59,036 bases of DNA, filler included, from Basidiobolus ranarum (GCA_040143965.1; 7 parts of 7 records of this genome joined end to end with filler, not necessarily neighbours in it); one strand, 5' to 3'; positions 1 to 13,254 are shown, counted from the first letter of the whole stretch. Notes: a model not told the origin generated them from the letters alone. Numbers and translations are program-made.

Positions 1-2
1 CT

Positions 3-3000
3 CGCAAGGATAGTAAAACTAAGGAGATGCATAGTCAGCCTACTGATACCGTCAAGTCAAGTATTTCGGAGTCTAATTCTCATGTGAATATCAAATCCTC
101 GGGTACTACTAGTACGCCTACTAAGGCACATAAGGTAAAGATAAGTGATACTGGAAAGGATAGTGAATCCAAGAGAGCACATATTCAGTCCGTCACTATT
201 GAAAAATCTATTTTTTCCGAGTCTCATGGAAATACCGAGTCCTTGAATCCTTCTAGTAAACCCTCCGAGGCTCGCAAGGTTAAGGTGAATGATACTAGCG
301 AATATAGTAAATCCAAAAAGACACCAATTCAGTCTGCGAATACTCACAAGTCAAGTATTACTGATTCTCTTGAGAATAACAAATCCTCAAGAATTTCGAG
401 AAAGCCTACTGATGCACACAATGCAACAGTGAGTGCTACTCACAATGATACTAAATCACAGGAAACACATAGACGAGCGACAGTTACTGATAGTGGTAAG
501 GATAAATCAAAGGAGTCACAGAGTCAGATAACTAACACCCACAAGTCAACGATTACCGAGTCTCATCGGAATACCAAGACCTCGAGTGCTTCTAGTGGGC
601 CCACTAAAATACACAAGGTAACGGTTAGTGATGCTCGTGAGGATAGTAAATCCAAGGAGATACATAATCCGTCCATCGATACAGTCAAGTCAAGAATTTC
701 CGAGTCTGATTTTCATGGGAATACCAAGGTTACTCTTAATAAGCCCACTGAGACCCACAAAGCTACAGTGAGTGCTACTCGCAATGATAATAAGTCCAAA
801 GAAACCCACAGTGATACCAATGCTACTTATAAACCAGATCTTCCAAAATCTCAGGGGAATACCAAATCTTTAGACACTCCTAAAGAGCCTACTGAAGTAC
901 ACAAGTCGACGGTTATTGATACTCACAAAGATAATAGAACCATGAAGGCACGCAGCCGTACTGATATTCCCTATAAGTCAGAGATTACCAAGTCTCAAGA
1001 GAATTCCAAGTCCTCGAATACTCTAAGAAAGCCCACTGAGGTACACAAGACAGCAAAGACAGCGGAGAGTGACACTCGCAAGGATAGTAAATCCGAAGGA
1101 ATATATAATCAGTCCACTAATACTGGCCAGTCACCTATTTCCGAGTCTAATTCTCATGGGAATGCCAAATCCTGGGATACTCCTAGTGCGCCTACTGAAG
1201 CACATAGGTCAATGGGAAGTGATACTGGAGAGGGTAGTGTAACCAAAGAGGTACATACCATATCTACTGATACTAGTAAATCACTTATTACTAATTCTCG
1301 TAAGAATACCAAGTCCTCGGGTATTCCTAGGAAGTCAGCTAATGAATACAATGCAACAGTGAGCGATACTCGTATATATAGTAAATCTCAGGAGACACAT
1401 AGTCGGTACACTTTTACTTACAACTCAAGGATTTCCAGGTCTGAGTCGCATGTGAATGCCAAGTCTTTGGTTACCCCTAGTAAGCCCACTGAGGTTCACA
1501 AGAGAACGGTGAGAGATACTCGTAACGATTGTAAATCTCCAGAAACACATAGTCGGTCTACAGTTACTGATAGCAGAAAGGATAAATCAAAGGAGTCACA
1601 TAGTCAGATAACTAATAACCGCAAGTCAACGATTCCTGAATATCATCGAAATACGAAGACCTCGAATATTTCTAGCAAGCCCACTGAAGTACACAAGGCA
1701 ACGATTAGTGATACTTGCGAAGATAGTAAATCCAAGGAGATACATAATCCGTCCATCGATACTGCCAAGTCAGGAATTTCCGAGTCTGATTTTCATGGGA
1801 ATACCAAGCCCACGGTTACTCTTAATAAGTCCACTGAGACCTGCAAGGCTACAGTGAGTGCTACTCGCAATGATAATAGGTCCAAGGAAACCAACGGTGA
1901 TATCAATATTAGCTATAAATCGGAAAGTACCAAGTCTCAAGGGAATACTAAGTTCTCAGATAGTCATAGAGAGTCTACTAAGGCACGCAATACAACAGTT
2001 AGTAATATTTTCAAGTCCTCAGTTGCTCCTGGTAAATCCACGGAGACTCGAAAGCCAAAGGTGAGTAGTTCCCGTGAAGATAAGAAATCATATAGTCAGT
2101 CTACCGTTGCTTACCGGTCAAGGTTTTCTGATTCACATGGAAATACTAAGTCCCCAGACACTCCTAGAAAGCCTACCAAAGTACTAAGGTTAACGGTTAT
2201 TGATACTCACAAAGATAATAGAACCAAGAAGGCACACGGTCATACCGATGTTGCCTATAAGTCAGAGACTACCGAGTCTCAAGAGAATTACAAGTCTTTG
2301 AATACTCTAAGAAAGCCCACTAAGGTACACAAGACAGCAAAGACGGTGAAGAGTGACACTCGCATGGATAGTAATTCTAAAGAGATGTATAATCAGTCCA
2401 CTGCTACCATCAAGTCAACTATTTCCGAGTCTAATTCTCATAGGAGTGCCAAATCCTGGGATACTCCTAGTACTCTTACTGCGAAACATAAGACAACGGT
2501 AAGTGCCACTCACGAAGATACACAAGGTCATCCTTTCAATACTGTCAAATCAAGAATTACTGGGTCACATAGGAATGCCTATTCCTCGAATACTCTTAGC
2601 AAGCCCACTGAGGCACATAGTACAACAATCGGTGATACTCATGAGGATAGTAAATCGCAAGAGACGCATGTTCAATTCAACAGTACTGACAGATCAACGT
2701 TTCTCATATCTCATAGGAATTCTCAGCCCTTAGTTACATCTAGAAAATCTTCGAAGGTCCATAGAGTAACGAGTAGTGATTCTAACGAAGAGAGTAAGAC
2801 TCATAAGACACATAATCAGTCCACAATTACTTTCAAGCCAAGAAATTTTCAGTCCAAGTCTCATGGTACTGTCAAGCCCTCGGTCGCTCCTAATAAGTCC
2901 ACTGAGGATCGCAAAGCTACGGAGAGTGGTACTCGTGAAGATGGTAAATCCAAAGAAAAAATAAGTCGGTCCGTGAATGCTCAGAAGTCAACTATTACTG

Positions 3001-6000
3001 ATCCTCATGCAAATGCTAAGTCCTAAGGAAATATTAGACAGCCTACTAATACACACAATGAAACGGTGAGTGCTACTCCCATTGATACTAAATCTCAGGA
3101 AACACATAACTGGTCGAGAGTTACTGATAGTGGTAAGGATAAATCAAAGGAGTCACAGAGTCAGATAACCAATACCCACAAGTCAACGATTCCCGAGTCT
3201 CATCGGTATACTAAGACCTCAAATGCTTCTAGTGGGCCCACTGGAATACACCGGGTAACGGTTAGTGATACTCGCGAGGAGAGTAAATCCAAGGAGTCAC
3301 ATCGTCACTCCACTTTTACCTATAAGTCAAGGACTCTCGAATCTCATGGGAATATCAAATCATCAGGTGCTGCAGGAAAACCCACTCAGGCACATAAGGT
3401 AACAGTGAGTGATTCTCGCACTGATAGTAAATCCCAAGAGACACATAGTCAGTCCGCAGTTACTTATAAGTCAAGGATTTACGGGTCGGAGTCTCATGCG
3501 AATGACAAGTTTTCGGTTACTTCTAGTAAGCTCACTGAGGTACACAAGACAACGAACGATTTTCGGTCCGTAATTACTTACAAGTCAAGAAATTCCCAGT
3601 CCGAGTCTCATGGGAATGCTAAGCCTACGGTTGCTCCTAATAAGCCCACTGAGACCCGTAAAGTTACGGTGAGTAATACTCGCAATGATAATAAGTCCAA
3701 GGAGACACACAGTGATGCCAATGTTACCATTAAGTCAGGAATTATAGAGTCTCAGAGAGATATCAAGTCCTCGGATACTCCTAGAAAGTCTAGTACGGTG
3801 CACAATGCAACGAAGAGTAATAGTCACCATAATAGTAAATACAGAGTTACTGATAAATCAAGCATTACAGTATCTTATTGGAGCGTCAAATCCTCAGCTA
3901 CTTCTGGAAATTCCCCTTCAACTCACAAGACAACGGTTAATCATATTGGCAAAGATAGTAAATCCAAGGATATACGTAGTCAGTTCACTAATACCGGCAA
4001 GTCAAGGATTCCTGAGTCTCATAGCGATGTCAAGTATTCAGATGCGTCTAGAAAGCCTACGAAAGCACCTAACGCAACGATAAGTGATACTCACCTAAAT
4101 CGCAAGTCTAAAGTGACACATAATCAGGTCACTGAGGCTAATAAGTCAATAATTCCTGAGTCACATAGGAGTATAAAAACCACAACACCACCACGAAAAC
4201 CCCCTACCGCACACAGTGCAACAACTAGTTATACTACCGAGGATAGAAGATCCAAAGCGACACCTAGCCAGTCTATTAATAATGATAAATCAATGATTCC
4301 CAAGTCTCATGGGAATATCAAATCCTCGGCTACTTCTAGAAATTTCATTATGACCCACAAGACAACTGTGAGTGATACTCGTGAAGATATTAGCTCCATG
4401 GAGACAAATAACCAAACCACTGATACTAAACAATTGAAAGTCCCCGAGTCTCATAGTAATATCAAGTCTTTGGACTCTCCTAGTAAACTAACTAAGGTAC
4501 ACAAGGCAGCAGCGAGTGATACTCAAAAAGACAGTAAATCTAAAGAGGCTCATATTCATCTCACCGATACTAACAAGTCAAAGATTACCATGTCCACGGA
4601 TACTCCTAGAAAGCCTACTGAGTCACACGTTGTAAGATTTAGTGATAATCACGAAGATAGTAAATCCAAGGAGGAACATTTTCATTCTACGGATACACAC
4701 AAGTCCAGAATCTCTGAGTCTCAGAGTAACAAAAGGCTCATGGATACATCTAGTACGCTTGCTGAGGCACATAAGACCACGGTGAATGCTACTAAGGTGG
4801 CACAAAGTCATACCACAAAAACTGACAAATCAAGGGTTAGGTCTACAGATATTCACAGTAAGCTCACAGAAACCAGTAGCACTCCCATTACTAATATGTC
4901 CGATAAAGGCCATGGAGAGTCAACGAGGGCTCGTATCGCTACAACCTATATTTCACATCAGGCTGTTACAACCGAGAAGACTAATAGTAGATCTACTAAG
5001 AGTTATGATTATACTTCTAGAAAGGATCAGGTAAACAGTAATACAGTTGATCATGATGAGTCTACCGAAGCCCACCAATTGACAAGTCTTACCTCGCCTC
5101 AGACTAGAACATCAGAAACTCGTAATACTTCCGTTATAAGCCATAAATATACATCTAACAATCCACATGAGGATAAGAAATCAGTCGATGATCATGAAAG
5201 TTCTACTGCAACTTACCGGTCAACAATCAAGGCCTCACAAAGGACAAATACATCAAATGAGACTCAAAGGGTATCCATTCAAACTCAGATGCAATCTATT
5301 AGTGCCGGACGCGAGGCTACTAGGTCTGTCAAGGGCCATAAAGGGCTTACTAAAGTTCATTGGAAAATAACTAATTCTTCAGACCAGATCAAAACATCAA
5401 AGGATGTTAGTATTAAGTTCACTAAATCTCAGATGACTAGCGACGCACATGCACATGGTGAGTCGGTTGAGAACCATAGCGAGTCTAAAGAGTCTTCTAA
5501 ATCTATTACTAGCACCTCATACAAGACTAGTACCTTAGAGGAGAGCCCTAGTAAACCCATCAAAAGTTCCAAAGGTATTTCAGCGGAGAGTCAAAATAAA
5601 CCCTCCAAAAGTCACATATATTCGACAAATGATGCACGCAAGATCCGTATATCAGTCAAGGGTCATACTAAGTCTACTGATACTTACCTGGCAAAAATCA
5701 GTACCTCACATCATATCAGTTCCTTCAAGCAAATTCACAGTAAATTTGTTGACAGTAATAGAGTCATTTTTTCTAGCAAGACTCACACAAATACTGAGTC
5801 GGTGAAGGGTCATGGTGAGTCTTCCGAGGTGCAAACATTTCCAACCGGTACACCACACTGGACTAATACTCCAAAGAGGCCTTATATTAAACCTACTGAA
5901 ACTCACAAACAAACAACTAGCGACGTTCACGTGAATAGCAAATCAGCTCGGGAGCATGATGAGCCTAGTAAAGCTGATGTCTCATATCATACGAGTAAGC

Positions 6001-8376
6001 CAACTAAAATTAGTATACAGCCCACCTCCTATAGTAACAAAAGCGAGACTAGTGACACACACAGCCAGTCAGTGAAAGATCGTGGTGAGGCTAATCGTTT
6101 GAGCTCTAGTACCTCACAGGCTTACCAACATTCAACTAGCATTACTAGTCCGAATAACAAGTCAATGAAGGACTATCATGCGTCTATTAAAGCTAAAGGT
6201 ACTACTAGTAATGCGCATTTGAATGGCAAGTCAGTGAAGGATCATAGTGAATCTACTGAAACTCGTCATAAATCTACCATTGCCACACTTCAAAGCAATA
6301 ACTCGGAGCGAACTCGTAGCAGATCTAGTGACATTCATAGGTATTCAACTGGCATTACTAGCAAAAATAGCAAATCAGTTCAAGACCATGATGAGCCTAG
6401 CAAGACTTCCAGTATGACCATTAGTCTCTCACAAAATACTACCACTTCAGTAAAGACTAGTATCAGACCCACTGATACTTATAAAGATAAACCTAGTAGC
6501 ACACCCATAAGCAGCTGGTCGGAGAAGAACCATCTGGGATCTAATAGAGCTTATGGATTTACAACTATTGTCTCAGATTATCACAAAACCTCACATAAGA
6601 CTCATAAGAAGCTTACTGAAACATATAAATATTTACCTGGAGATACTCACATGAAATTCAAGTCAGTTTTGGCTCACTACGTCACTATGAGCACTCCAAA
6701 CCAGTCCACTATGTCGGAGGAGACTATTACTAAGTCCGCTGATATTCCGAAAGAACGAACTAGTATACCCACCGCAACTTATAAAGATTCATCTAGTAGT
6801 GCTCATGTGGATAGTCAGGTAATGAAGAGTCAAAACTTAATCAATAGTAATACATCCACAGTACCTGTAAAGGTAATTACCGCAACCAAACAAAATGATT
6901 CATCTTGGGGCGGCTTTACTATTCTTACTACCTCAACTCCGACTGCCCATATTGAGATAACCACTATTACCCTCACCAACGAGACTATTGTGGCTGAAGC
7001 TTCCGTTCCTGGCATACTAACAAGTACCGTAGTTGTATTCAATCCTAGACAACCATTTGCTACTGAGATAAACAGTGACATTGAAAAATACAAAACTGTA
7101 ACTATAGAAAGACAGCACGAGAGAGCGTCGGCCGTTGCTTCTATAGCCTCTGCTGGACATGTCGAAACAATCACTGTTACCAACGACAATGAGGTGACAG
7201 CGACTGAATCCTCTGCTCAACTTACACCAATGCGCACCATAACTGCGGTCAATCCTGGACACTCTTTTGTTACTGATGTCAATAGCAACATTGAGAAATA
7301 TGAAACTATTTCCGTAACTCCTGCTGGTCATGTAAAGAAAATCACTGTTACCAATGATCACCAAGCCACTGTAACTTATTCTTCTGCTCGCAGCGTGCCA
7401 ACTCATCAAATGACTTTCTTCAAATCAGGACAAGCCTTTGTTACTACGGCCAACACCATCCTTAAGAAATACAAAACTGTAGCTTCTGTTAATCATATCA
7501 AAACCATCACTGCTACTGTTTTTTCTGTAGCCGCTACTAGTCATGTCAAAATAGCCACTGCTGTCGATAACAGCGAGATCACTTTGACTGAATCCTTTGT
7601 TTGTGTCAAACCAATGAATACCATGGCGGTCCTCAACCCTGAAAAACATTTTTTTACCGATGTTAATAGTAACATGAAAAAACTCGAAACTATTGCTGTT
7701 GTAAAACAGCCCGAGAGATTATGGACAGTGGTAACCGTGACCAAATCTTTTGCTCCCGAGATTCCATTGCCTGTTGTTACTGTAGTTTCTGATGACCATG
7801 TGAAAACAATTACCGTTACTAATGCCAACGAAGTCGCTGTGATGGAATCTTCCGATGCACCAACGAGTACCATAATTGCGTTGGATACGGGACAACCCTT
7901 TGTTACTGAGGTAAACAGAAACATTAAGAAATACAAGATGGTCACTGTTGAAAGACAGCACGAGGGACGGTTGACCATAACTTCTATAGCCTCTCCTGGA
8001 CATGTCGAAACAATCACTGTTACAAATAACAATGAGGTCCCAGAGACTAAAACCTCTGATCAAATTATACCAAAGCGCACCATAACTGTGTTTAATCCTG
8101 GATACTCTTTTGTTACTGATGTCAACAGCAATATTGCGAAATCCAAAACTGCTACTGTAGTTCTCGTCAGTCATGTCAAAACAATCACTGTTATCAGTAA
8201 TCATCCAAACACTGAAACTGAATTTACTCATACAGTGACTAATTCCAAGCCAGCAAAGTCATTTGTTGCTGCTGTCAACAACGTCATTGAGAAATCCAAG
8301 ACTATCACTGTTGAATGACAGCGTGAAAGCCCGTTGACTGCTGTTTTGATAGCTTCTGCTAGGCATGTCGAAACAG
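3..8376 (+). CDS. Giant Ser/Thr/Lys/His-rich tandem-repeat protein (mucin/adhesin-like), partial at both ends, with in-frame stops at 3024-3026 and 8316-8318 (possible pseudogene)
   Basis: The frame is open from nt 3 (cgc aag gat agt...). ORFs 27..3026 and 3066..8318 share one frame separated only by a TAA, and the repeat pattern runs through both stops. N-terminal part has ~48-aa units (HKxTVSDTxxDSKSKETHxQSTxTxKSxIxESHGNxKSSxTPxKPTEx). A different Val/Thr-rich repeat follows ~6940. Confidence 0.7.
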
Positions 8377-8476
8377 NNNNNNNNNNNNNNNNNNNNNNNN
8401 NNNNNNNNNNNNNNNNNNNNTTAATTAATTAANNNNNNNNNNNNNNNNNNNNNNNNNNNNNNNNNNNNNNNNNNNN
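8377..8476. other. Artificial contig linker N44-TTAATTAATTAA-N44
   Basis: 100 nt; the palindromic six-frame stop core lies at 8421-8432; identical at six places in the window. Confidence 0.98.
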
Positions 8477-9640
8477 CCAACTAGAGCCACCAGCCGACTT
8501 CCAGAACCTGTAAAACCCGAACTAGATGATACAGAAGAATACCCGATCGCTCCAGCCTCTGATATCTCACCAGGCGGAAGATCAAGAACTAAAGAAAACA
8601 AATCTGGAGGAGTATTCCGCCGAATCAGTCAAGCTTTACGCTCCGGAAGAAACGGAAAAAGTCGACGAGAGCGTCAACAGAAGATTCTCTCTGATGAAGA
8701 AGCAACTCTTGATAAATCCTCGATAGCAAAATCAACATCAAGTGGTATATTCCGGAGCAAATCGGTGCACTCTTCGCAGCCAAAGAATCAAAATTTGACT
8801 TTCGACTTTCCTGAAAATCGTCGAAGAATTCATCCAAGACCAAGTCATGAGCAATTCCAAGAAAAGCTTTCCAATACAGTTTCTCGTGCTACTAGTTTGA
8901 AAGAACCTTCTGGTCGTAGTCGCAATGGCCTCCTTGAAGAGTCCAAGAATAGGAATGCTGCACCTACGATTCGTTTACCAAACTCATCATCTGCTGCAGT
9001 CCGTAACAATGAATCCCAAGATAGTTCAATTGTTTCGAAATCGGATAGAACTGCTGATTCTTATATCAAACCAGTATTTCTTAAGGGTCTCTTTTCTGTG
9101 GCCACAACAAGTACTAAAAAACCTGCAACTATTCGATTGAACATCATCAAAGCGTTAGAACAACTAGGTGTTGAGTGGCACGAAGGAAAGGGCTACTTTG
9201 AATGTGTTCGCAGACCCAACAAAAGCTCTTCTAAACCCGAATCTGTTCATGTAATGAAGCCTAAATTATTGTCACCAGAAGTAGATAATGGACAGAGTGA
9301 GGACTCTCAACATGGCGTACGTCGACATAGATCCCTGCTTTCCCGTGGTAGACATGATAGCTATCGTCCAAGAGACAATTCTGGAGAACCTTCCTTTGAT
9401 CCTCCTTTCAATAAGAAGGTTGAACCCGAATCCTTCTTAAGAGAAAGTAGTTCTGACGAGGACGAAGACGAAGTAACTGGTCCCAACGAAAATGAAGAAG
9501 GAATCTTACGTTTCCAGATAACGATAGTGAAAGTACCATTACTTCTGGGTCTTTATGGAATCCGATTCAGGAGACTTGGTGGCCCTCCCTGGGAATACAA
9601 AGACTTCTGTTCTCAACTGCTAAAACGGTTGAAATTGTAA
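8477..9640 (+). CDS. KIN1: Kin1/PAR-1/MARK-family Ser/Thr kinase, C-terminal part with KA1 domain (5' truncated by contig end)
   Basis: The frame is open from the first base of the contig (PTRATSRLPE...) into ORF 8765..9640. Fungal Kin1 motifs IKPVFLKGLFSVATTSTK and LRFQITIVKVPLLLGLYGIRFRRLGGPPWEYKDFCSQLLKRLKL* are present. Confidence 0.85.
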   Translation, partial: PTRATSRLPEPVKPELDDTEEYPIAPASDISPGGRSRTKENKSGGVFRRISQALRSGRNGKSRRERQQKILSDEEATLDKSSIAKSTSSGIFRSKSVHSSQPKNQNLTFDFPENRRRIHPRPSHEQFQEKLSNTVSRATSLKEPSGRSRNGLLEESKNRNAAPTIRLPNSSSAAVRNNESQDSSIVSKSDRTADSYIKPVFLKGLFSVATTSTKKPATIRLNIIKALEQLGVEWHEGKGYFECVRRPNKSSSKPESVHVMKPKLLSPEVDNGQSEDSQHGVRRHRSLLSRGRHDSYRPRDNSGEPSFDPPFNKKVEPESFLRESSSDEDEDEVTGPNENEEGILRFQITIVKVPLLLGLYGIRFRRLGGPPWEYKDFCSQLLKRLKL

Positions 9641-10253
9641 ATAGTTTCATACAAACCAGTACTTCGCTTTTTAACCTGGTAATTTATTTCCTAACTCTAC
9701 TTGACTTGCCACGTTGATGTACTCTCAAGCACTGGATAAGTCGCCCATCCTCACCTTTTCTCACTACTGTGTCTTCCTGCTTTAGGTCTATTAAGAATTA
9801 ATATATCTATGAAATATACCGCATGGTCGGTTTCCAGTTGCTCTACTATCTAACGGTAGACCTCTCATTGTCTCGGAAACCCATCATTCACTAAATTAAT
9901 CTAATCTCCTCACCTAATTTCAACGAAGCTTTCTACCAACGGGCTAATTATACAGTAAATAAACTGGTATTCAAATAATCGTTTTTTATAATATATACAA
10001 GCATTCATTTTTAGTAGTTTTCACACAGACAAATGAATCATCCGATTTCAATTAAACCAGTCACAGACACAATATTTTTTTACGATTCTTTCCATAATTT
10101 GAAGAAAAAAAAAAAGAGAATTTGGAATTTTTTAGAAATGTTCCTGTCTAATGAATTGATTCCGTAAAAGTTATCATTGATAGTAACCCAACCCTACGTT
10201 GTCCTATCCCATTCTTTTCTTTCCTTACTTTCTAACAAGTCCATTCTTCTACC

Positions 10254-11831
10254 ATGTTTTTCGAAACTGGATTCAACCTTAAGGGTCCACTTGTAATAGG
10301 AAAACCTACCGAGAAAAATAAAAATTCTAAACGTAAAACTCCCACTCCATTGAGTAAAGATACCTCTTCAATTCCTGAATCCTCTAACCAAGCGACCAAG
10401 GTGAAACCAGCTCAAGCAGATACCCCCAACAAGAAGCAAAAAACTACTGTAGTGGAGAAAAAGAAACTTCCTGTAAAATCCAAGCCTCAAGAGCAAGTCA
10501 AAGACACAAAACGTAAGCCTGAGAACATAGCCAAAGAAAAGGTCAAAGCTAAGCCTGATAACGTAAACAAAAATTTGGTTAAAAATGAGCCCAAGACCTC
10601 TACGGAAGCTGTTAAACAAACTTCAGAAAAGCCCAACCAAGACTCTAAGAAACCAGCCAAAGAAGAGGAAAATGAGGACGAAGAGGGTGACGATTCCGAA
10701 TATGATACTGACGATTGGGAGGATATGAAATTCTCAGATGAAGAGGACGGTGAATTAGAGGATATGAACCTCGAAGAGATGGTTAAGCCTTTTACTACGA
10801 AAAAGAAAAATCAAAAGAATGGCAAGAAAGAGAGCGTAGAGTCAGACGACGAAGTTGATTTCAACTCTGTTTTAAGTAATTTCGAAGCTATCAAGAAACA
10901 ATTTGCTTCTGTTAAACCTGAGAAGCAGAAGAATAAGTCTGAGCAATCTGATCTAGCTAGCTCGGTGACAGATGCGGGAGAAAAAGCCAACTCCGAAAAA
11001 CCATCTGTCGCTTTGCCCAATAAAAAGCTTTCATTAAAGGAGCAGACCAAGTTAAAGAAGTTATTGGAAAAGAAAACCGCTGATAAAGATTCTTCAGAGC
11101 CTGAGTTTGAGAATCAAGATATTATTTCTTCCAAACATTCATCACTTACCCCACTCCAGCAGCAGATGCAGAAAAAGCTACAAGGAGCACGCTTTAGATG
11201 GATTAACGAGCAGCTTTACACCACTTCTGGTTCTAAAGCCTTCGAACTTCTGCAAAACGAGCCAGGTATATTCGAAGAATATCATGAAGGATTCCGTTCT
11301 CAGGCTGAAAGCTGGTCTGTAAACCCAATTGATATTTATATTGATTTCGTCAATTCACTACCTCAAGACAAGATTATTGCTGATCTTGGCTGTGGAGAGG
11401 CCAGGTTAGCCGCCTCAGTTAAGCATAAGGTTTGGTCATTTGATCTTGTTGCTGCCAATGACCGGATTACGGCTTGCGATATTTCCAATGTTCCTCTTGA
11501 ACCGAATGCTGTCGATGTCGCAATTTTCTCCTTATCGTTGATGGGAACCAATTTCCTAGAGTTTTTAGTCGAATCTCACAGAATTCTTAAGCCAGGAGGG
11601 CAGCTGAAGATTGCCGAGGTAGTCAGTCGGTTTACTGATGTTAATGAGTTCATTGACACAGTCGTTGGGCTAGGGTTCCGTCTTGAGAAGAAAAAGATGC
11701 TTAGCAAGATGTTTATTATGTTCGACTTTGTTAAGAATAACAACATCACAAAGCAAAAGGTGACAACGAAAAAGCCTTCTGTCGAAGCTGCGTCACATCT
11801 ATTGAAGCCCTGTATCTATAAGAAACGTTAG
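10254..11831 (+). CDS. RRP8: 25S rRNA adenine-N1 methyltransferase RRP8/nucleomethylin
   Basis: Lys/acidic low-complexity N-terminus, then KKLQGARFRWINEQLYT, YHEGFRSQ, SAM motif IADLGCGEA, VAIFSLSLMGTN and terminal LKPCIYKKR. Intronless. Confidence 0.95.
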   Translation: MFFETGFNLKGPLVIGKPTEKNKNSKRKTPTPLSKDTSSIPESSNQATKVKPAQADTPNKKQKTTVVEKKKLPVKSKPQEQVKDTKRKPENIAKEKVKAKPDNVNKNLVKNEPKTSTEAVKQTSEKPNQDSKKPAKEEENEDEEGDDSEYDTDDWEDMKFSDEEDGELEDMNLEEMVKPFTTKKKNQKNGKKESVESDDEVDFNSVLSNFEAIKKQFASVKPEKQKNKSEQSDLASSVTDAGEKANSEKPSVALPNKKLSLKEQTKLKKLLEKKTADKDSSEPEFENQDIISSKHSSLTPLQQQMQKKLQGARFRWINEQLYTTSGSKAFELLQNEPGIFEEYHEGFRSQAESWSVNPIDIYIDFVNSLPQDKIIADLGCGEARLAASVKHKVWSFDLVAANDRITACDISNVPLEPNAVDVAIFSLSLMGTNFLEFLVESHRILKPGGQLKIAEVVSRFTDVNEFIDTVVGLGFRLEKKKMLSKMFIMFDFVKNNNITKQKVTTKKPSVEAASHLLKPCIYKKR

Positions 11832-13254
11832 AATATCTCCTTATTTCTTGTCATTACGATGTAATATTTTTCTGTCATCAGTATAGCATTTTTATCTCGT
11901 AAATATACCTAATTGCAACATGTCCATATGTGCATTGATCGATTGATTTGGTCTTGGCAAAGCTGGCCATTATTCTGCCTAACTAATTTACTTGATTTAC
12001 TGCGAGGTTCCTTCGTTGCAGAATGATACTTGCCATTCTCTGATTAATTTCATGTAATCGATTACGTGCCCCCTTGAGCTTGTTTACCCTCAAATGACAG
12101 GATTCCAGAATACCTGCATGGTATGTATCACGTTGTAGCACGTTTCATCCTAGAGAATATTCGAATGCATATACCACTCGTGGAGTGCTTCACGACCGAG
12201 CACAAATTTGGTGCTTGTTTCTCACGGAGATTTAGTTGATTAATCGAAATTGATGGCTTGAATTTCAAGGCTTCTTTCAATGGCGTTGGATAAACGTCGT
12301 CTCACATGGCAATTTGTTTCAGGAGTTCGAATATTTTCAATGTGTTTTGATGTCGTTAATGAAGTCGCACAGCGAGAAAGAGTTGATGTATTAATGAAGC
12401 AAGTACATGAAGGTGGGTGCTTAGATAGGAGTACAGTTGGTCGTATCCCTTGATCGGGGATACTAAGAACATATACCATTAACTGCCAATAAAGGTAGCA
12501 ACACGTTGCTTGGTAATAAACACAGAGAGCCTCTATCAGGGATGATTCGGAGGAGGATGGTATATTTATGAATACAGTTGTGGTATTTTATATCCCAATT
12601 ACATGCGGATTCGGGCTGAAGTGAAAGGTATCTCGATATTTAGCAATTCCCTGTAGAAGCGGATCGAAAGTGAAGCTCTTATGAGGTGCATATCTTAGCA
12701 TAAACCGTAGTGGCCGAAATACAGATCGTGAGATGTTGAAAAGTTTGATTACCTTGCGGTAAGGAATATCATGTACAGATGATGCCAGGACTTCATCCAA
12801 TCTTCAAGTTCATGATACATGAGCTATTTTTCTAATAGTTTGATACATGAGAAATTTTAGTTTGCGGTTATTGTAAGACAGGCAGTTTCGTCGCCGTTTG
12901 ATCTCTTGAGCATAATGATAAATACAGGGGCGACATTTCGGAAAATAAACCCTTTAAATATCGAATGCTAGTCTCCAAGCTTTGGTTTGTTACCTGAACA
13001 CACTCACTGTAAAGTCTATATACTAGATAGGATCATCATTGTTCATTACCATTGTGGTGCCTGCCATTCATCTGTCCTATATTTTAGAGTTTCAAAGCTG
13101 TATTTACTACAAAGATCACACTAGTTTATCCATTTGGTGGTCAGAGTCTTCGCCTCGTTCACTTGAACCTCAGTAACATTTTCTACATCTCAGTCGATTC
13201 GACAGTCCAAGAAGCCAAGATATACTACGACTACTCCAGTATTGATTGTTAACG

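Noticed and set aside
5680-5693. ATACTTACCTGGCA, identical to the U1 snRNA 5' end
   Set aside because: It lies inside the long ORF (DTYLA), and no U1 stem-loops or Sm site are apparent after it; a chance match.
6830-8231. Several 70-170 aa antisense ORFs over the repeat gene
   Set aside because: These are expected shadows of a biased-codon repetitive CDS; the same applies to antisense ORFs over the NCS1, RRP8 and FAM214 genes.
8421-8432. Repeated TTAATTAATTAA palindrome as a biological repeat or recombination site
   Set aside because: It is always embedded in N44 runs and is a six-frame stop linker added during assembly concatenation.
8526-8726. Separate 66-aa ORF upstream of the KA1 ORF
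   Set aside because: It is an off-frame shadow; the kinase frame is continuous from 8477 to 9640.
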